From Bacteroidales bacterium (GTDB lineage Bacteria; Bacteroidota; Bacteroidia; Bacteroidales; ML635J-15): 64,000 nt of DNA. The DNA is taken from positions 4,220 through 68,219 of the forward strand of contig JBKGYK010000003.1 in NCBI GenBank assembly GCA_046546095.1. Reading direction: 5' to 3'. Below the pieces are notes generated by a model. It saw nothing but the letters and a program-made list of their open reading frames with translations. It ran no database searches and had not been told where the DNA came from. Positions 29,868-38,876 of the stretch are shown one piece after another (the stretch's first letter is position 1; each line of letters starts with the position of its first letter). The translations under genes were made by a program, and so were the position numbers.

Positions 29868-31031
29868 ATGAATAAGAAAAAGATTAACCCTGCTTTTGCA
29901 TCTGTCCCTGTCTTTCTGGCTTTTCTGTGTATGGGTTTTGGTGATGTCGCCGGAACACTTACCGATCTTGTAAAGGATGAATATCATCTTACCAACTTCA
30001 TGGCCGGCTTTGTTCCCGCCTCGGGGTTTGTAATGTTTGGTCTCTTGTCTGTTCCTTTCAGTTTAATCATGGCACGACAGGGTAAAAAGAAGATTCTGGC
30101 CATTGGGCTTATCCTTGCCTTACTTGGCCTTGTAATTCCGCTTGTGTCTGGTTTTTCTCTTTTCAGCGTTTTATTGCTTTCTATACTACTGCTGGGTGCC
30201 GGTGCAGCATTGTTGCAGGTTGCCGGTAATCCCATCATGCGGGATGTTTCCCCGGAAGGAAAATATTCCAGAAACCTCAGTTTTGGCCAGTTTGTAAAAG
30301 CCATAGGTTCTCTGTCCGGAGCTCTGATTCCTGCAGCCGCAGCAGCCTGGTTTGGTATGGACTGGAAGCTGCTTTTCCCCATATATGCTATTGCTATCGG
30401 CATCACAACAGTCATTCTTCTGTTGATACCCATCCGTGAAAAAGCCATGCCCGATGTCCCTCCCAGTTTACTTTCCTGTTTGAATTTACTGAGAAAGCCG
30501 GGCATTGCCATCATGGTACTGGCGATCTTTTTGTATGTGGGAGCAGAAGTAAGCATGGCATCAAAACTGCCCAGCTATCTGGAAAACAACTACGGTCTGG
30601 ATATTGACAAACTGGGAGTGGCCAGTGTAGGTTTGTTTTTTCTGACAATCATGATAGGCCGTTTCCTTGGTGGCATCATACTCAACTGGATAAAGGCACC
30701 GGTGTTTTTGCTGATTACTACCATTATCGCCCTGCTGGGGATTGGCGGTCTTTTTCTCCAATCACAGACTGTGGCAATCAGTGCCATAATACTGATTGGC
30801 CTGGGTTTTGCCAATATCTTCCCACTGATATTCTCCATTACAGTGGACAAACATCCGGAATATACCAATGAGCTATCCGGCCTGATGGTCACTGCAATTA
30901 TCGGAGGTGCTGTTTTGCCTCTCATCATGGGAAAAGTTGCCGATATCACAAGTGTTACTTTTAGTTTTATAGTCCCCGGCATTGCCATACTATACACGAT
31001 TTTTGTCGCATTGAAAACCCAAAATGCCTGA
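29868..31031 (+). CDS. Sugar MFS transporter (FucP / glucose-galactose transporter-like)
   Basis: About 12 predicted TM segments with MFS-like loops. Start trimmed to the ATG at 29868, after the hemW stop. It is followed 5 nt later by a sugar kinase gene. Confidence 0.7.
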   Translation: MNKKKINPAFASVPVFLAFLCMGFGDVAGTLTDLVKDEYHLTNFMAGFVPASGFVMFGLLSVPFSLIMARQGKKKILAIGLILALLGLVIPLVSGFSLFSVLLLSILLLGAGAALLQVAGNPIMRDVSPEGKYSRNLSFGQFVKAIGSLSGALIPAAAAAWFGMDWKLLFPIYAIAIGITTVILLLIPIREKAMPDVPPSLLSCLNLLRKPGIAIMVLAIFLYVGAEVSMASKLPSYLENNYGLDIDKLGVASVGLFFLTIMIGRFLGGIILNWIKAPVFLLITTIIALLGIGGLFLQSQTVAISAIILIGLGFANIFPLIFSITVDKHPEYTNELSGLMVTAIIGGAVLPLIMGKVADITSVTFSFIVPGIAILYTIFVALKTQNA

Positions 31032-31036
31032 TTAAT

Positions 31037-32125
31037 ATGAACAATAACCCACTCATTCTCAGTCTGGATGCAGGAGGCACCAATTTTGTGTTTTCTGCTG
31101 TTAAAAACGGAAAAATCATAGGAGAAAGCATTCGCAAGCCCTCCCATGGAGATGATCTTGACAGGAGTCTGCAAACCATTGTGGATGGCTTTTCTACACT
31201 GACCGAAGCACATCAGGAGACAGTCGCTGCACTGAGCTTTGCTTTTCCCGGGCCTTCGGATTATGAACATGGTGTTATTGGTGATTTGGGAAACCTTCCG
31301 GCCTACCGGGGTGGAATTGCACTGGGTCCTATGTTGCAAAAAAAATTTGGCATACCGGTATTTATCAACAATGATGCTGACCTGTTTGCACTTGGAGAAG
31401 CCAGGGAGGGTTCACTCCCCCGGCTCAATCAAAAGCTGCAGGACGCCGGCAGTCAGAAAACATACAAGAATCTCATCGGCCTGACCCTGGGCACAGGATT
31501 TGGCCTGGGTGTTGTAATCCGTGGAAAACTGATTCGTGGTGACAATTCCCTGCCCAATGAAGTATGGTTGATGCGTAATCCCGAATACACAAAGGCAAAC
31601 ATTGAAGAATCTGTTAGTATTCGCGGCATTCAGCGTTCCTACCGGAAAATCGCCAAAAGTGATGAGATGCTCACTCCAAAAGACATATATGATATTGCCA
31701 TTGACGGCAAAGGGAGCAAAAAATCAGCTGCCCGGGAGACATTCCGTATTTTTGGAAAAAATCTGGGCGATACCATCGCCAGTTTAATCAGCCTTTATGA
31801 TGCCAATATTTCAATAGGCGGTGGATTATCCAAAGCCTGGGATTTATTTATGCCGGCACTCATGGAACAGATAAATTCCGAATTCATCACGCCCGAAGGA
31901 AAACGTCTGCCACGATTAACACATCAGGTGTTTAATCTGGAAAATCACAATGAATTTGACAAATTCGCTCACGGAGATAAAAAGTTTATTCCTCTGCCCG
32001 GCGAATCTGAAGCAAAATACCCCTATATCCCCAAACCACGGGTTGGCATCATGAAATCAAGCATGGGCACATCTGAAGCAGCCATGATTGGAGCTTACCA
32101 TTTTGCTTTGTCAAAGCTTAAATAA
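31037..32125 (+). CDS. ROK/ASKHA-fold sugar kinase (glucokinase-like)
   Basis: ILSLDAGGTNFVFS phosphate-1 motif, INNDADLFALGE, GLTLGTGFGLGVV. The classical ROK Cys zinc motif was not seen. Confidence 0.6.
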   Translation: MNNNPLILSLDAGGTNFVFSAVKNGKIIGESIRKPSHGDDLDRSLQTIVDGFSTLTEAHQETVAALSFAFPGPSDYEHGVIGDLGNLPAYRGGIALGPMLQKKFGIPVFINNDADLFALGEAREGSLPRLNQKLQDAGSQKTYKNLIGLTLGTGFGLGVVIRGKLIRGDNSLPNEVWLMRNPEYTKANIEESVSIRGIQRSYRKIAKSDEMLTPKDIYDIAIDGKGSKKSAARETFRIFGKNLGDTIASLISLYDANISIGGGLSKAWDLFMPALMEQINSEFITPEGKRLPRLTHQVFNLENHNEFDKFAHGDKKFIPLPGESEAKYPYIPKPRVGIMKSSMGTSEAAMIGAYHFALSKLK

Positions 32126-32134
32126 AAAAAAGGT

Positions 32135-32815
32135 TTAAAGGTCATGCCTGAACAAACTCCTGGCTTTACCATTTTCAACAACCAGGGAGTCCCCTTCCTG
32201 ATTGTACAATGCACAACTGAATTGTGACTCTACCAATAAGGCGGGTTCACCGTCCGGATCTTCAGCGAGACGGACAGACTCAATCCGGTAAATGAAATTA
32301 TCATAATCAGGATTTACCGGTTTATCCTCATCGGCACAAACATTAACCGGTGTAGACCATTTGGTCATATTTTCATCTTGCCATTCAATGTAAATACCCT
32401 TCTGTCTTAATAAGCACAAATACCGGATAAACGATTTATCCCCGGTGTAAAACAAGCTTTCAAAATATGCAAAATCCGGGGCATTGTTTACACTGTCCAA
32501 ACTCTGCCTGTGGACATAATCCACCAGGGAAAAACTCATTTGAGGCCATGACTGACTGCTGCTTTCACGACAGATGGAGGTGTAAACTTTTCTTACTGTA
32601 TCACTCCCCTCTGCAAATCCGGTACTGATTCCGTACGAAAATACACCAGGAACACTCATTCTATCACCCACATATTCAACACGCTCGCCATCCAAATCAA
32701 AGACAAGGTAATAATCATATTCCGTGTAATGAGGGCTGATATCATTATCTTCACATGAGCACAGTATGAACCCCGGAAGGAATAGCATCAAAAAATAAAC
32801 GGTTTTTTGCTTCAT
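32135..32815 (-). CDS. Hypothetical lipoprotein
   Basis: Start trimmed to the ATG at 32815: MKQKTVYFLMLFLPGFILCSCEDN is lipobox-like, with Cys after a hydrophobic stretch. No recognised domain. Confidence 0.5.
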   Translation of the reverse strand: MKQKTVYFLMLFLPGFILCSCEDNDISPHYTEYDYYLVFDLDGERVEYVGDRMSVPGVFSYGISTGFAEGSDTVRKVYTSICRESSSQSWPQMSFSLVDYVHRQSLDSVNNAPDFAYFESLFYTGDKSFIRYLCLLRQKGIYIEWQDENMTKWSTPVNVCADEDKPVNPDYDNFIYRIESVRLAEDPDGEPALLVESQFSCALYNQEGDSLVVENGKARSLFRHDL

Positions 32816-32987
32816 GGCTGTTTTTTGTAAATATAATGATTTTGCAAATACAATTCTACTATTCAAGGCACGCTCATATTACACTTTCAGCAAACCGACG
32901 TTATGCATACCATAAAACAAAAACAGCATGTTGCAGATTTCCCACAGTTTACTTACTTTTACGGGTTATAAGAGATATAATGTTATT

Positions 32988-34151
32988 ATGAGCAGGATAC
33001 TTGTCATAGACGACGAAAAAAGCATCCGGAATGTACTGAAAGATATTCTGGAATACGAGAAATATAAAGTAGAACTTGCAGTGGACGGAAAGGATGGTTT
33101 ACAAAAAATCAAGGACAATGGGATTGACCTGGTACTTTGTGACATCAAAATGCCTGAAATGGATGGCATGGAGGTGCTTGAAAAAGCCTTAAAAAGCAAT
33201 CCCGAACTCCCTTTTATTATGATTTCCGGTCATGGTGACATTGACACCGCAGTTTCAAGCATCAAACAGGGTGCATACGACTTCATACAAAAGCCCATAG
33301 ACCTTCAGCGCCTGCAGATAACCGTTAAAAATGCACTGGAACGCAGTAGCCTGGTAACTGAAACCAAAAAGCTAAAAAAGAAAGTCAGTAAGCGTTATGA
33401 GATGGTGGGTAATTCCAGGCCTATGCAACATATCCGCGAGTTGATTGACAAAGTTGCCCCCACTGATGCCCGTGTACTGATAACAGGTGAAAACGGTACC
33501 GGTAAAGAACTTGTGGCACATCATCTGCACGAAAAGAGCGAACGTGCCAAAGCTCCTTTTGTGGAAGTAAACTGCGCAGCCATTCCTTCCGAGCTGATAG
33601 AGTCCGAACTTTTTGGCCATGAAAAAGGCGCTTTCACATCTGCACACAAGCAGCGAAAAGGAAAATTTGAACAGGCCAACGGTGGCACCATTTTCCTAGA
33701 CGAAATCGGGGACATGAGTCTTTCGGCACAGGCAAAGGTATTGCGTGCCCTGCAGGAAAATAAAATCAGCCGCGTTGGCAGTGATAAGGACATCAATGTA
33801 GATGTTCGGCTGATAGCAGCCACGAATAAGGATTTAAGCAAAGAAATTGAAAAAAACAACTTCAGGGAAGACTTGTATCATCGCATCAGTGTGATCCTGA
33901 TTCATGTACCGTCGCTTTCAGAACGCAAGGATGATATCCCGCAGCTGGCTGACCATTTTCTCACAGAAATTTGTCTTGAACATGGCATTCCAAAAATGCA
34001 AATTACCGATGATGCCATAAAAGAACTGAAGAATTATTCATGGAGCGGCAATATACGTGAATTCAGAAATATGATTGAACGCCTGGTCATTTTATGTTCA
34101 GACAAGATCACAGGAAAAGACATCAAAACATATGCACAACCATTAGAATAA
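32988..34151 (+). CDS. Response regulator with a sigma-54-interaction AAA+ domain (NtrC family) lacking a C-terminal HTH
   Basis: Receiver domain (ILVIDDE, LVLCDIKMPEMDG). AAA+ domain has Walker A GENGTGKE, Walker B GGTIFLDEIG and a GAFTSA loop (33627..33644). The protein ends right after the AAA+ lid (388 aa). Confidence 0.85.
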   Translation: MSRILVIDDEKSIRNVLKDILEYEKYKVELAVDGKDGLQKIKDNGIDLVLCDIKMPEMDGMEVLEKALKSNPELPFIMISGHGDIDTAVSSIKQGAYDFIQKPIDLQRLQITVKNALERSSLVTETKKLKKKVSKRYEMVGNSRPMQHIRELIDKVAPTDARVLITGENGTGKELVAHHLHEKSERAKAPFVEVNCAAIPSELIESELFGHEKGAFTSAHKQRKGKFEQANGGTIFLDEIGDMSLSAQAKVLRALQENKISRVGSDKDINVDVRLIAATNKDLSKEIEKNNFREDLYHRISVILIHVPSLSERKDDIPQLADHFLTEICLEHGIPKMQITDDAIKELKNYSWSGNIREFRNMIERLVILCSDKITGKDIKTYAQPLE

Positions 34152-34152
34152 A

Positions 34153-35613
34153 ATGCGCACTGAAAAAGATTTCATAGGTGAAGTTAAGTTATCTGATGAT
34201 GCACTATATGGCATTCATGCATGGCGTGCCTGTGAGAATTTTCCCAACAGGACAAAATTCAATCAGCGCTGGTACAAGAGCATGGGAAGTGTAAAACTTG
34301 CTGTTTATCATACAATTCGTCGCTACCAGGAAGAACTGCAAAAAAAATATCCTGAGCTTTCAGAACTACAAAGAATCAGCAAGGACAAGCTGGATGCTCT
34401 GATTCAGGCAGCAGTAGAAGTAAGCGAAGGTAAGCATTTTACTCATTTCATTGTGCCGGCGGTTCAGGGTGGAGCAGGCACGAGCATCAACATGAATATC
34501 AATGAAATTATCACCAACCGGGCTTTGACTTTACTGACTAAACAAGCCGGTGATTATAACATTCTGGACCCCATTGAATCTGCCAACCTCTTTCAGTCAA
34601 CCAATGATGTTGTGCCCACAGCGCTAAAAACGGCGGTCATGCATGCCCTCACTGAACTGGAAGAGCATATAAATCAATTGCGTTTTGCACTTGAGCAACA
34701 GGAAAACGATCACAGAAATTCACTGCGAAACAGCTATACACAGATGCAAACTGCCGTTCCAAGCTCGTTTGGCCGCTTGTTCAGTGCATACAATGATGCC
34801 CTTAGCCGTGACTGGTGGAGGGTGTCAAAATGCTTTGAACGTATTAAGCAGGTAAACCTGGGAGGCAGTGCCATTGGTACCGGCATAACTGTACCCCGCT
34901 TTGTGATTATGGAAGCGGTCAGGGAGCTGCAGAAACTATCCGGCCTGCCTCTTACCCGTAGCGAAAACATGGTGGATACGACCAGCAACCTGGACAGCTG
35001 GACAGAAATTCACGCTAGCCTGAAAGCTCATGCAGTAAATATGGAAAAAATTAGCAATGACCTTAGACTACTCGCCTCTGACATTGCAGGAAACGGAAAT
35101 CTGGAAATTCCCCAAAAGCAAACCGGCAGCTCAATCATGCCGGGAAAAGTAAACCCTGTAATCCCTGAATACATCATCAGCACTGCCCATCAGGTATATG
35201 CTAACGACCAGCTGATATCCTCTCTCAGTGCACAATCTGTCCTGGAATTAAATCCATATCTGCCATCCATTGGCCATGCCGTACTCAACAGTCTTGACTT
35301 GCTGATAGCTGCATGCAAAAGCATGAAAAACGGACTGATAACAGGACTGAAAGTAAATACAGATGATGCCTGGAAGCAATTGCTACACAGCCCATCTCTG
35401 GCAACCGTTTTTGTGCCCTATATCGGATATCATAAAGCAGGAGAAATTGCAGGCATCATGAAAAATGACAAATGCGGCATTTTCGATGCCTGCGAAAAAA
35501 GTGGGCATGTAACAAAAGCACAGGCAGAAGAAATACTAAAACCCGAAAACCTGTTAAAACTTGGATTTTCGGTAAAAGACTATATTAATTTTAAGAATAA
35601 AAGTAAAAAATAA
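34153..35613 (+). CDS. Aspartate ammonia-lyase / class II fumarase superfamily lyase (divergent)
   Basis: GSSIMPGKVNP signature loop, QSTNDV, GGAGTSINMN. The usual GRTxLQDA segment reads SYTQMQTA. The ATG begins 1 nt after the upstream regulator stop. Confidence 0.75.
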   Translation: MRTEKDFIGEVKLSDDALYGIHAWRACENFPNRTKFNQRWYKSMGSVKLAVYHTIRRYQEELQKKYPELSELQRISKDKLDALIQAAVEVSEGKHFTHFIVPAVQGGAGTSINMNINEIITNRALTLLTKQAGDYNILDPIESANLFQSTNDVVPTALKTAVMHALTELEEHINQLRFALEQQENDHRNSLRNSYTQMQTAVPSSFGRLFSAYNDALSRDWWRVSKCFERIKQVNLGGSAIGTGITVPRFVIMEAVRELQKLSGLPLTRSENMVDTTSNLDSWTEIHASLKAHAVNMEKISNDLRLLASDIAGNGNLEIPQKQTGSSIMPGKVNPVIPEYIISTAHQVYANDQLISSLSAQSVLELNPYLPSIGHAVLNSLDLLIAACKSMKNGLITGLKVNTDDAWKQLLHSPSLATVFVPYIGYHKAGEIAGIMKNDKCGIFDACEKSGHVTKAQAEEILKPENLLKLGFSVKDYINFKNKSKK

Positions 35614-35668
35614 CCAAGTGTCCGGATAATGCAGACGCATTTCAGGATCGCAACAATAATCTCAGCAT

Positions 35669-36247
35669 ATGAAAGAATATTTTGCACACGAAACAGCAGT
35701 CATTGATGAAGGATGTAAAATTGGTAATGGCACAAAAATCTGGCATTTTTCTCATGTCATGAAAGATGCTGTCATCGGTGAAGGATGCAATTTGGGACAA
35801 AACATAGTGGTGTCTCCTGAGGTTGTACTTGGCAACAATGTCAAGGTTCAGAATAATGTATCCATTTACTCAGGCGTAATTTGTGAAGACGATGTGTTTC
35901 TGGGACCCTCCATGGTGTTCACCAACATTACAAACCCCCGGTCAGCAATCAACAGGCGCAGTCAGTACGAAAAGACCCTGGTAAAGAAAGGGGCAAGCAT
36001 TGGCGCCAATGCTACCATCGTGTGCGGCCATGATATTGGTGAATATGCATTTATTGGTGCCGGAGCAGTAATCACCAAAACAGTAAAACCCTATGCTCTG
36101 ATGGTGGGCAATCCGGCACGTCAAATTGGCTGGATGAGCGAGTACGGCCATCGCCTCCATTTTGATAATAAGGGCATGGCTATTTGCCCCGAAAGTGAAG
36201 AAAAATACAAACTGGAAAATAATTTTGTACAAAAAATAAAGGCATAA
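35669..36247 (+). CDS. Left-handed beta-helix N-acetyltransferase (WbpD/WlbB-like, UDP-2-acetamido-3-amino-2,3-dideoxy-glucuronate N-acetyltransferase family)
   Basis: Hexapeptide repeats, 192 aa, WbpD-like tail (GNPARQIGWMSEYGHRL). Confidence 0.7.
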   Translation: MKEYFAHETAVIDEGCKIGNGTKIWHFSHVMKDAVIGEGCNLGQNIVVSPEVVLGNNVKVQNNVSIYSGVICEDDVFLGPSMVFTNITNPRSAINRRSQYEKTLVKKGASIGANATIVCGHDIGEYAFIGAGAVITKTVKPYALMVGNPARQIGWMSEYGHRLHFDNKGMAICPESEEKYKLENNFVQKIKA

Positions 36248-36250
36248 ATT

Positions 36251-37198
36251 ATGGAGAGCAAAGAAAATCGTTTTGCATTGATAGGTGTTGCCGGATACAT
36301 TGCCATCAGGCACGTAAAAGCCATTAAAGAAACAGGAAACAATCTGGCAGCAACCATGGACTTATTTGATTCCGTTGGTTTTTTGGATGCCTATTTTCCC
36401 AATGCAGATTTTTTCCACGAGTATGAACGATTTGACCGTCACGTGGATAAACTCAGGCGCAAAAACAAAAAAATTGATTATGTCAGCATTTGCACACCAA
36501 ACTACCTGCATGATTCTCACATACGGTTTGCTTTGAAAAATGATGCACATGCTATCTGTGAGAAGCCCCTGGTTCTGAATCCCTGGAATATCGACGGCTT
36601 GTCTGAAATTGAAAAAGAAACAGGGAAAAAAATCAATACCATTCTTCAATTGCGTCTGCATCCTACCATCATTGCATTAAAGGAAAAAATCGCCAATGGC
36701 CCCAAAGACAAAATATATGATGTTGATCTTGCTTACCTGACCAGCCGTGGAAACTGGTACCATTACTCATGGAAAGGAGATCCCAACAAATCCGGTGGCA
36801 TTTCAACCAACATCGGTATTCACTTTTATGATATGCTGACATGGATTTTTGGTGATGTGAAAGAAAGCATTGTCCATGAACACGGGGAAAAACGCGCCGC
36901 CGGATTTTTACATCTTGAAAAGGCCCGGGTCCGCTGGGTATTGAGTGTGGATGAAAATGACCTGCCTGACAATATAAAGGCACAAGGACAACGGACATTC
37001 CGTTCCATCACGGTAGAAGGAGAAGAAATCGAGTTCAGCAAAGGATTTACGGATTTACACACACTCAGTTATCAGGAAATTCTTAAAGGCAACGGCTTTG
37101 GCCTCAAGGATGCACGTAAAAGCATAGAGGTTGTTTATGATATCCGCAATGCCAGTCCAACAGGACTTAAGGGTGACTACCATCCCTTGTGTAAGTAA
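36251..37198 (+). CDS. Gfo/Idh/MocA family oxidoreductase (WbpB-like UDP-sugar 3-dehydrogenase)
   Basis: N-terminal Rossmann fold (FALIGVAGYIAIRH), EKP motif (ICEKPL), 315 aa, 3 nt after the acetyltransferase gene. Confidence 0.72.
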   Translation: MESKENRFALIGVAGYIAIRHVKAIKETGNNLAATMDLFDSVGFLDAYFPNADFFHEYERFDRHVDKLRRKNKKIDYVSICTPNYLHDSHIRFALKNDAHAICEKPLVLNPWNIDGLSEIEKETGKKINTILQLRLHPTIIALKEKIANGPKDKIYDVDLAYLTSRGNWYHYSWKGDPNKSGGISTNIGIHFYDMLTWIFGDVKESIVHEHGEKRAAGFLHLEKARVRWVLSVDENDLPDNIKAQGQRTFRSITVEGEEIEFSKGFTDLHTLSYQEILKGNGFGLKDARKSIEVVYDIRNASPTGLKGDYHPLCK

Positions 37199-37269
37199 AG
37201 CCTGCGTAAAATCATTTTTTACCATTCGGAATAAAACTATTTTAGCTCCGAAAACCAAAATTATTGCAG

Positions 37270-38556
37270 ATGTACAATGCTATTATCAGGAAAGAAAAGA
37301 AAATTGCCGTTATCGGTCTGGGTTATGTAGGGCTTCCCATTGCCCTGGAATTTGCAAAACACGTACCAGTTATCGGGTTTGATATCAAGCCGGACCGGGT
37401 GGATATGATGAAAAATGGCAAAGATCCCAGCAACGAGCTTGAATCCAAAGAATTTGAGAACAAAGACATTATCTTTACATCTGATGTTGAAGACCTTAGG
37501 GACGCAAGTTTTTACATTGTTGCCGTTCCAACTCCCATCAACGAACACAAACTTCCTGAACTCACCCCGGTATTGAAGGCTTCTGAAACCGTTGGCAAAG
37601 TAATGAGTAAAGGCGATTATGTGGTTTTTGAATCAACAGTTTATCCCGGTTGCACGGAAGAAGATTGTGTCCCTGTGCTGGAGCAGCATTCCGGCCTGAA
37701 ATATATTGATGATTTTAAAGTGGGTTACTCGCCGGAGCGCATCAATCCGGGAGATAAGGTTCACACCCTTACAAGCATTGCCAAAGTTTCCTCTGGTTGC
37801 GATGCCATGTCGGCGGAAAATATTGCAAAAGTGTATGAACTTGTAATTGAAGCAGGAGTACACAGGGCAAGCTCAATCAAAGTAGCTGAGGCCGCAAAAA
37901 TCATTGAGAATACCCAGCGGGATGTCAACATTGCTCTGATGAATGAGCTTTCAATGATATTCAATAAAATTGGCATCAATACTTTTGAGGTACTCGAAGC
38001 AGCTGGCACAAAGTGGAATTTCCTGCCGTTTATCCCCGGGCTTGTAGGGGGTCACTGCATTGGCGTTGATCCGTACTACCTGTTGCATAAAGCCAAACAA
38101 CTCGGCTATCATGCACAAATCATCAACTCAGGCCGTGCCATCAATGACGGTATGGGTGCGCATGTCACAAAACAAACAATAAAACTGATGCTTGCAAAAG
38201 GCAAAGTATTGCATCAGTCAAAAGTACTGGTAATGGGTCTTACATTCAAGGAAAATGTTGCTGACATCCGCAACACCCGTGTGGTAGACATACTGCATGA
38301 ACTGGATGACTATAAAGTGGATTATGATATTGTGGACCCCTATGCCAGCCCCAAAGAAGTCAGAGAAGAATACAATATTGAACTGAATGAAATCAGGAAT
38401 AATTACGATGCTGTTATCCTGGCTGTCAATCATGAAGAATACACCAAACTTGATGAGGCTTTTTTCAGGTCAATCTCTGCAAAAGACGGCATTCTTATTG
38501 ATATCAAAGGCATCTTCAGAGGTCGCATCAAAGAAATGACATACTGGAGCCTTTAA
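37270..38556 (+). CDS. Nucleotide-sugar 6-dehydrogenase (UDP-GlcNAc/UDP-ManNAc dehydrogenase family, WbpA/TviB-like)
   Basis: IAVIGLGYVGLPIA Rossmann motif, catalytic GGHCIGVDP. First ATG at 37270 (the listed start at 37264 is TTG). Confidence 0.85.
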   Translation: MYNAIIRKEKKIAVIGLGYVGLPIALEFAKHVPVIGFDIKPDRVDMMKNGKDPSNELESKEFENKDIIFTSDVEDLRDASFYIVAVPTPINEHKLPELTPVLKASETVGKVMSKGDYVVFESTVYPGCTEEDCVPVLEQHSGLKYIDDFKVGYSPERINPGDKVHTLTSIAKVSSGCDAMSAENIAKVYELVIEAGVHRASSIKVAEAAKIIENTQRDVNIALMNELSMIFNKIGINTFEVLEAAGTKWNFLPFIPGLVGGHCIGVDPYYLLHKAKQLGYHAQIINSGRAINDGMGAHVTKQTIKLMLAKGKVLHQSKVLVMGLTFKENVADIRNTRVVDILHELDDYKVDYDIVDPYASPKEVREEYNIELNEIRNNYDAVILAVNHEEYTKLDEAFFRSISAKDGILIDIKGIFRGRIKEMTYWSL

Positions 38557-38570
38557 GGAACGGAAATAAT

Positions 38571-38601
38571 CAAGGGGATGCCTTAAAAAAGCACCCCCTT
38601 G
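38571..38601 (+). terminator. Hairpin just after the sugar dehydrogenase gene
   Basis: CAAGGGGATGC pairs with GCACCCCCTTG (one mismatch) around a 9-nt A-rich loop, 15 nt after the stop. No T tract follows. Confidence 0.4.
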
Positions 38602-38631
38602 AGAAACCACATGAAAACTATCACTTGAATC

Positions 38632-38663
38632 CGGTTTTATCCAGTTGGGAAAACCGTTTTTTT
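38632..38663 (+). terminator. Canonical rho-independent terminator in the long convergent spacer
   Basis: CGGTTTT (38632..38638) pairs with AAAACCG (38650..38656) around an 11-nt loop, followed by T7 (38657..38663). Confidence 0.55.
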
Positions 38664-38876
38664 GGAATAGCTACAGAGTAAACAGGTTTTTGTCAAAATG
38701 GTTCATGTTCATTTCGTAAATGGTTTTGCAAAAGCCAGATTTTCTTTTGTTTTGGCAGTAGCCGATAATTCTTACACTAGCTTATCTATCACAAATATAA
38801 CATCCTATACTCTACCAGCAGTCCACTAACCGGGCAACTAAACAAAAGATATTATTGTAACAAAAATGGTGGATGA

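Noticed and set aside
30590-31339. 249-aa minus-strand ORF antisense to the MFS transporter / sugar kinase junction. Similar long antisense ORFs occur at 29984..30556, 26590..27153, 43808..44305, 27906..28403 and 40914..41447
   Set aside because: Each is fully antisense to a gene with clear family motifs and has no recognisable features of its own. Long shadow ORFs of this kind opposite real genes are common.
38698-38829. 43-codon ORF in the convergent spacer, considered as a real gene
   Set aside because: It has no recognisable motif, and a terminator-like hairpin lies inside it. I kept it only as part of the finding about the unusual spacer.
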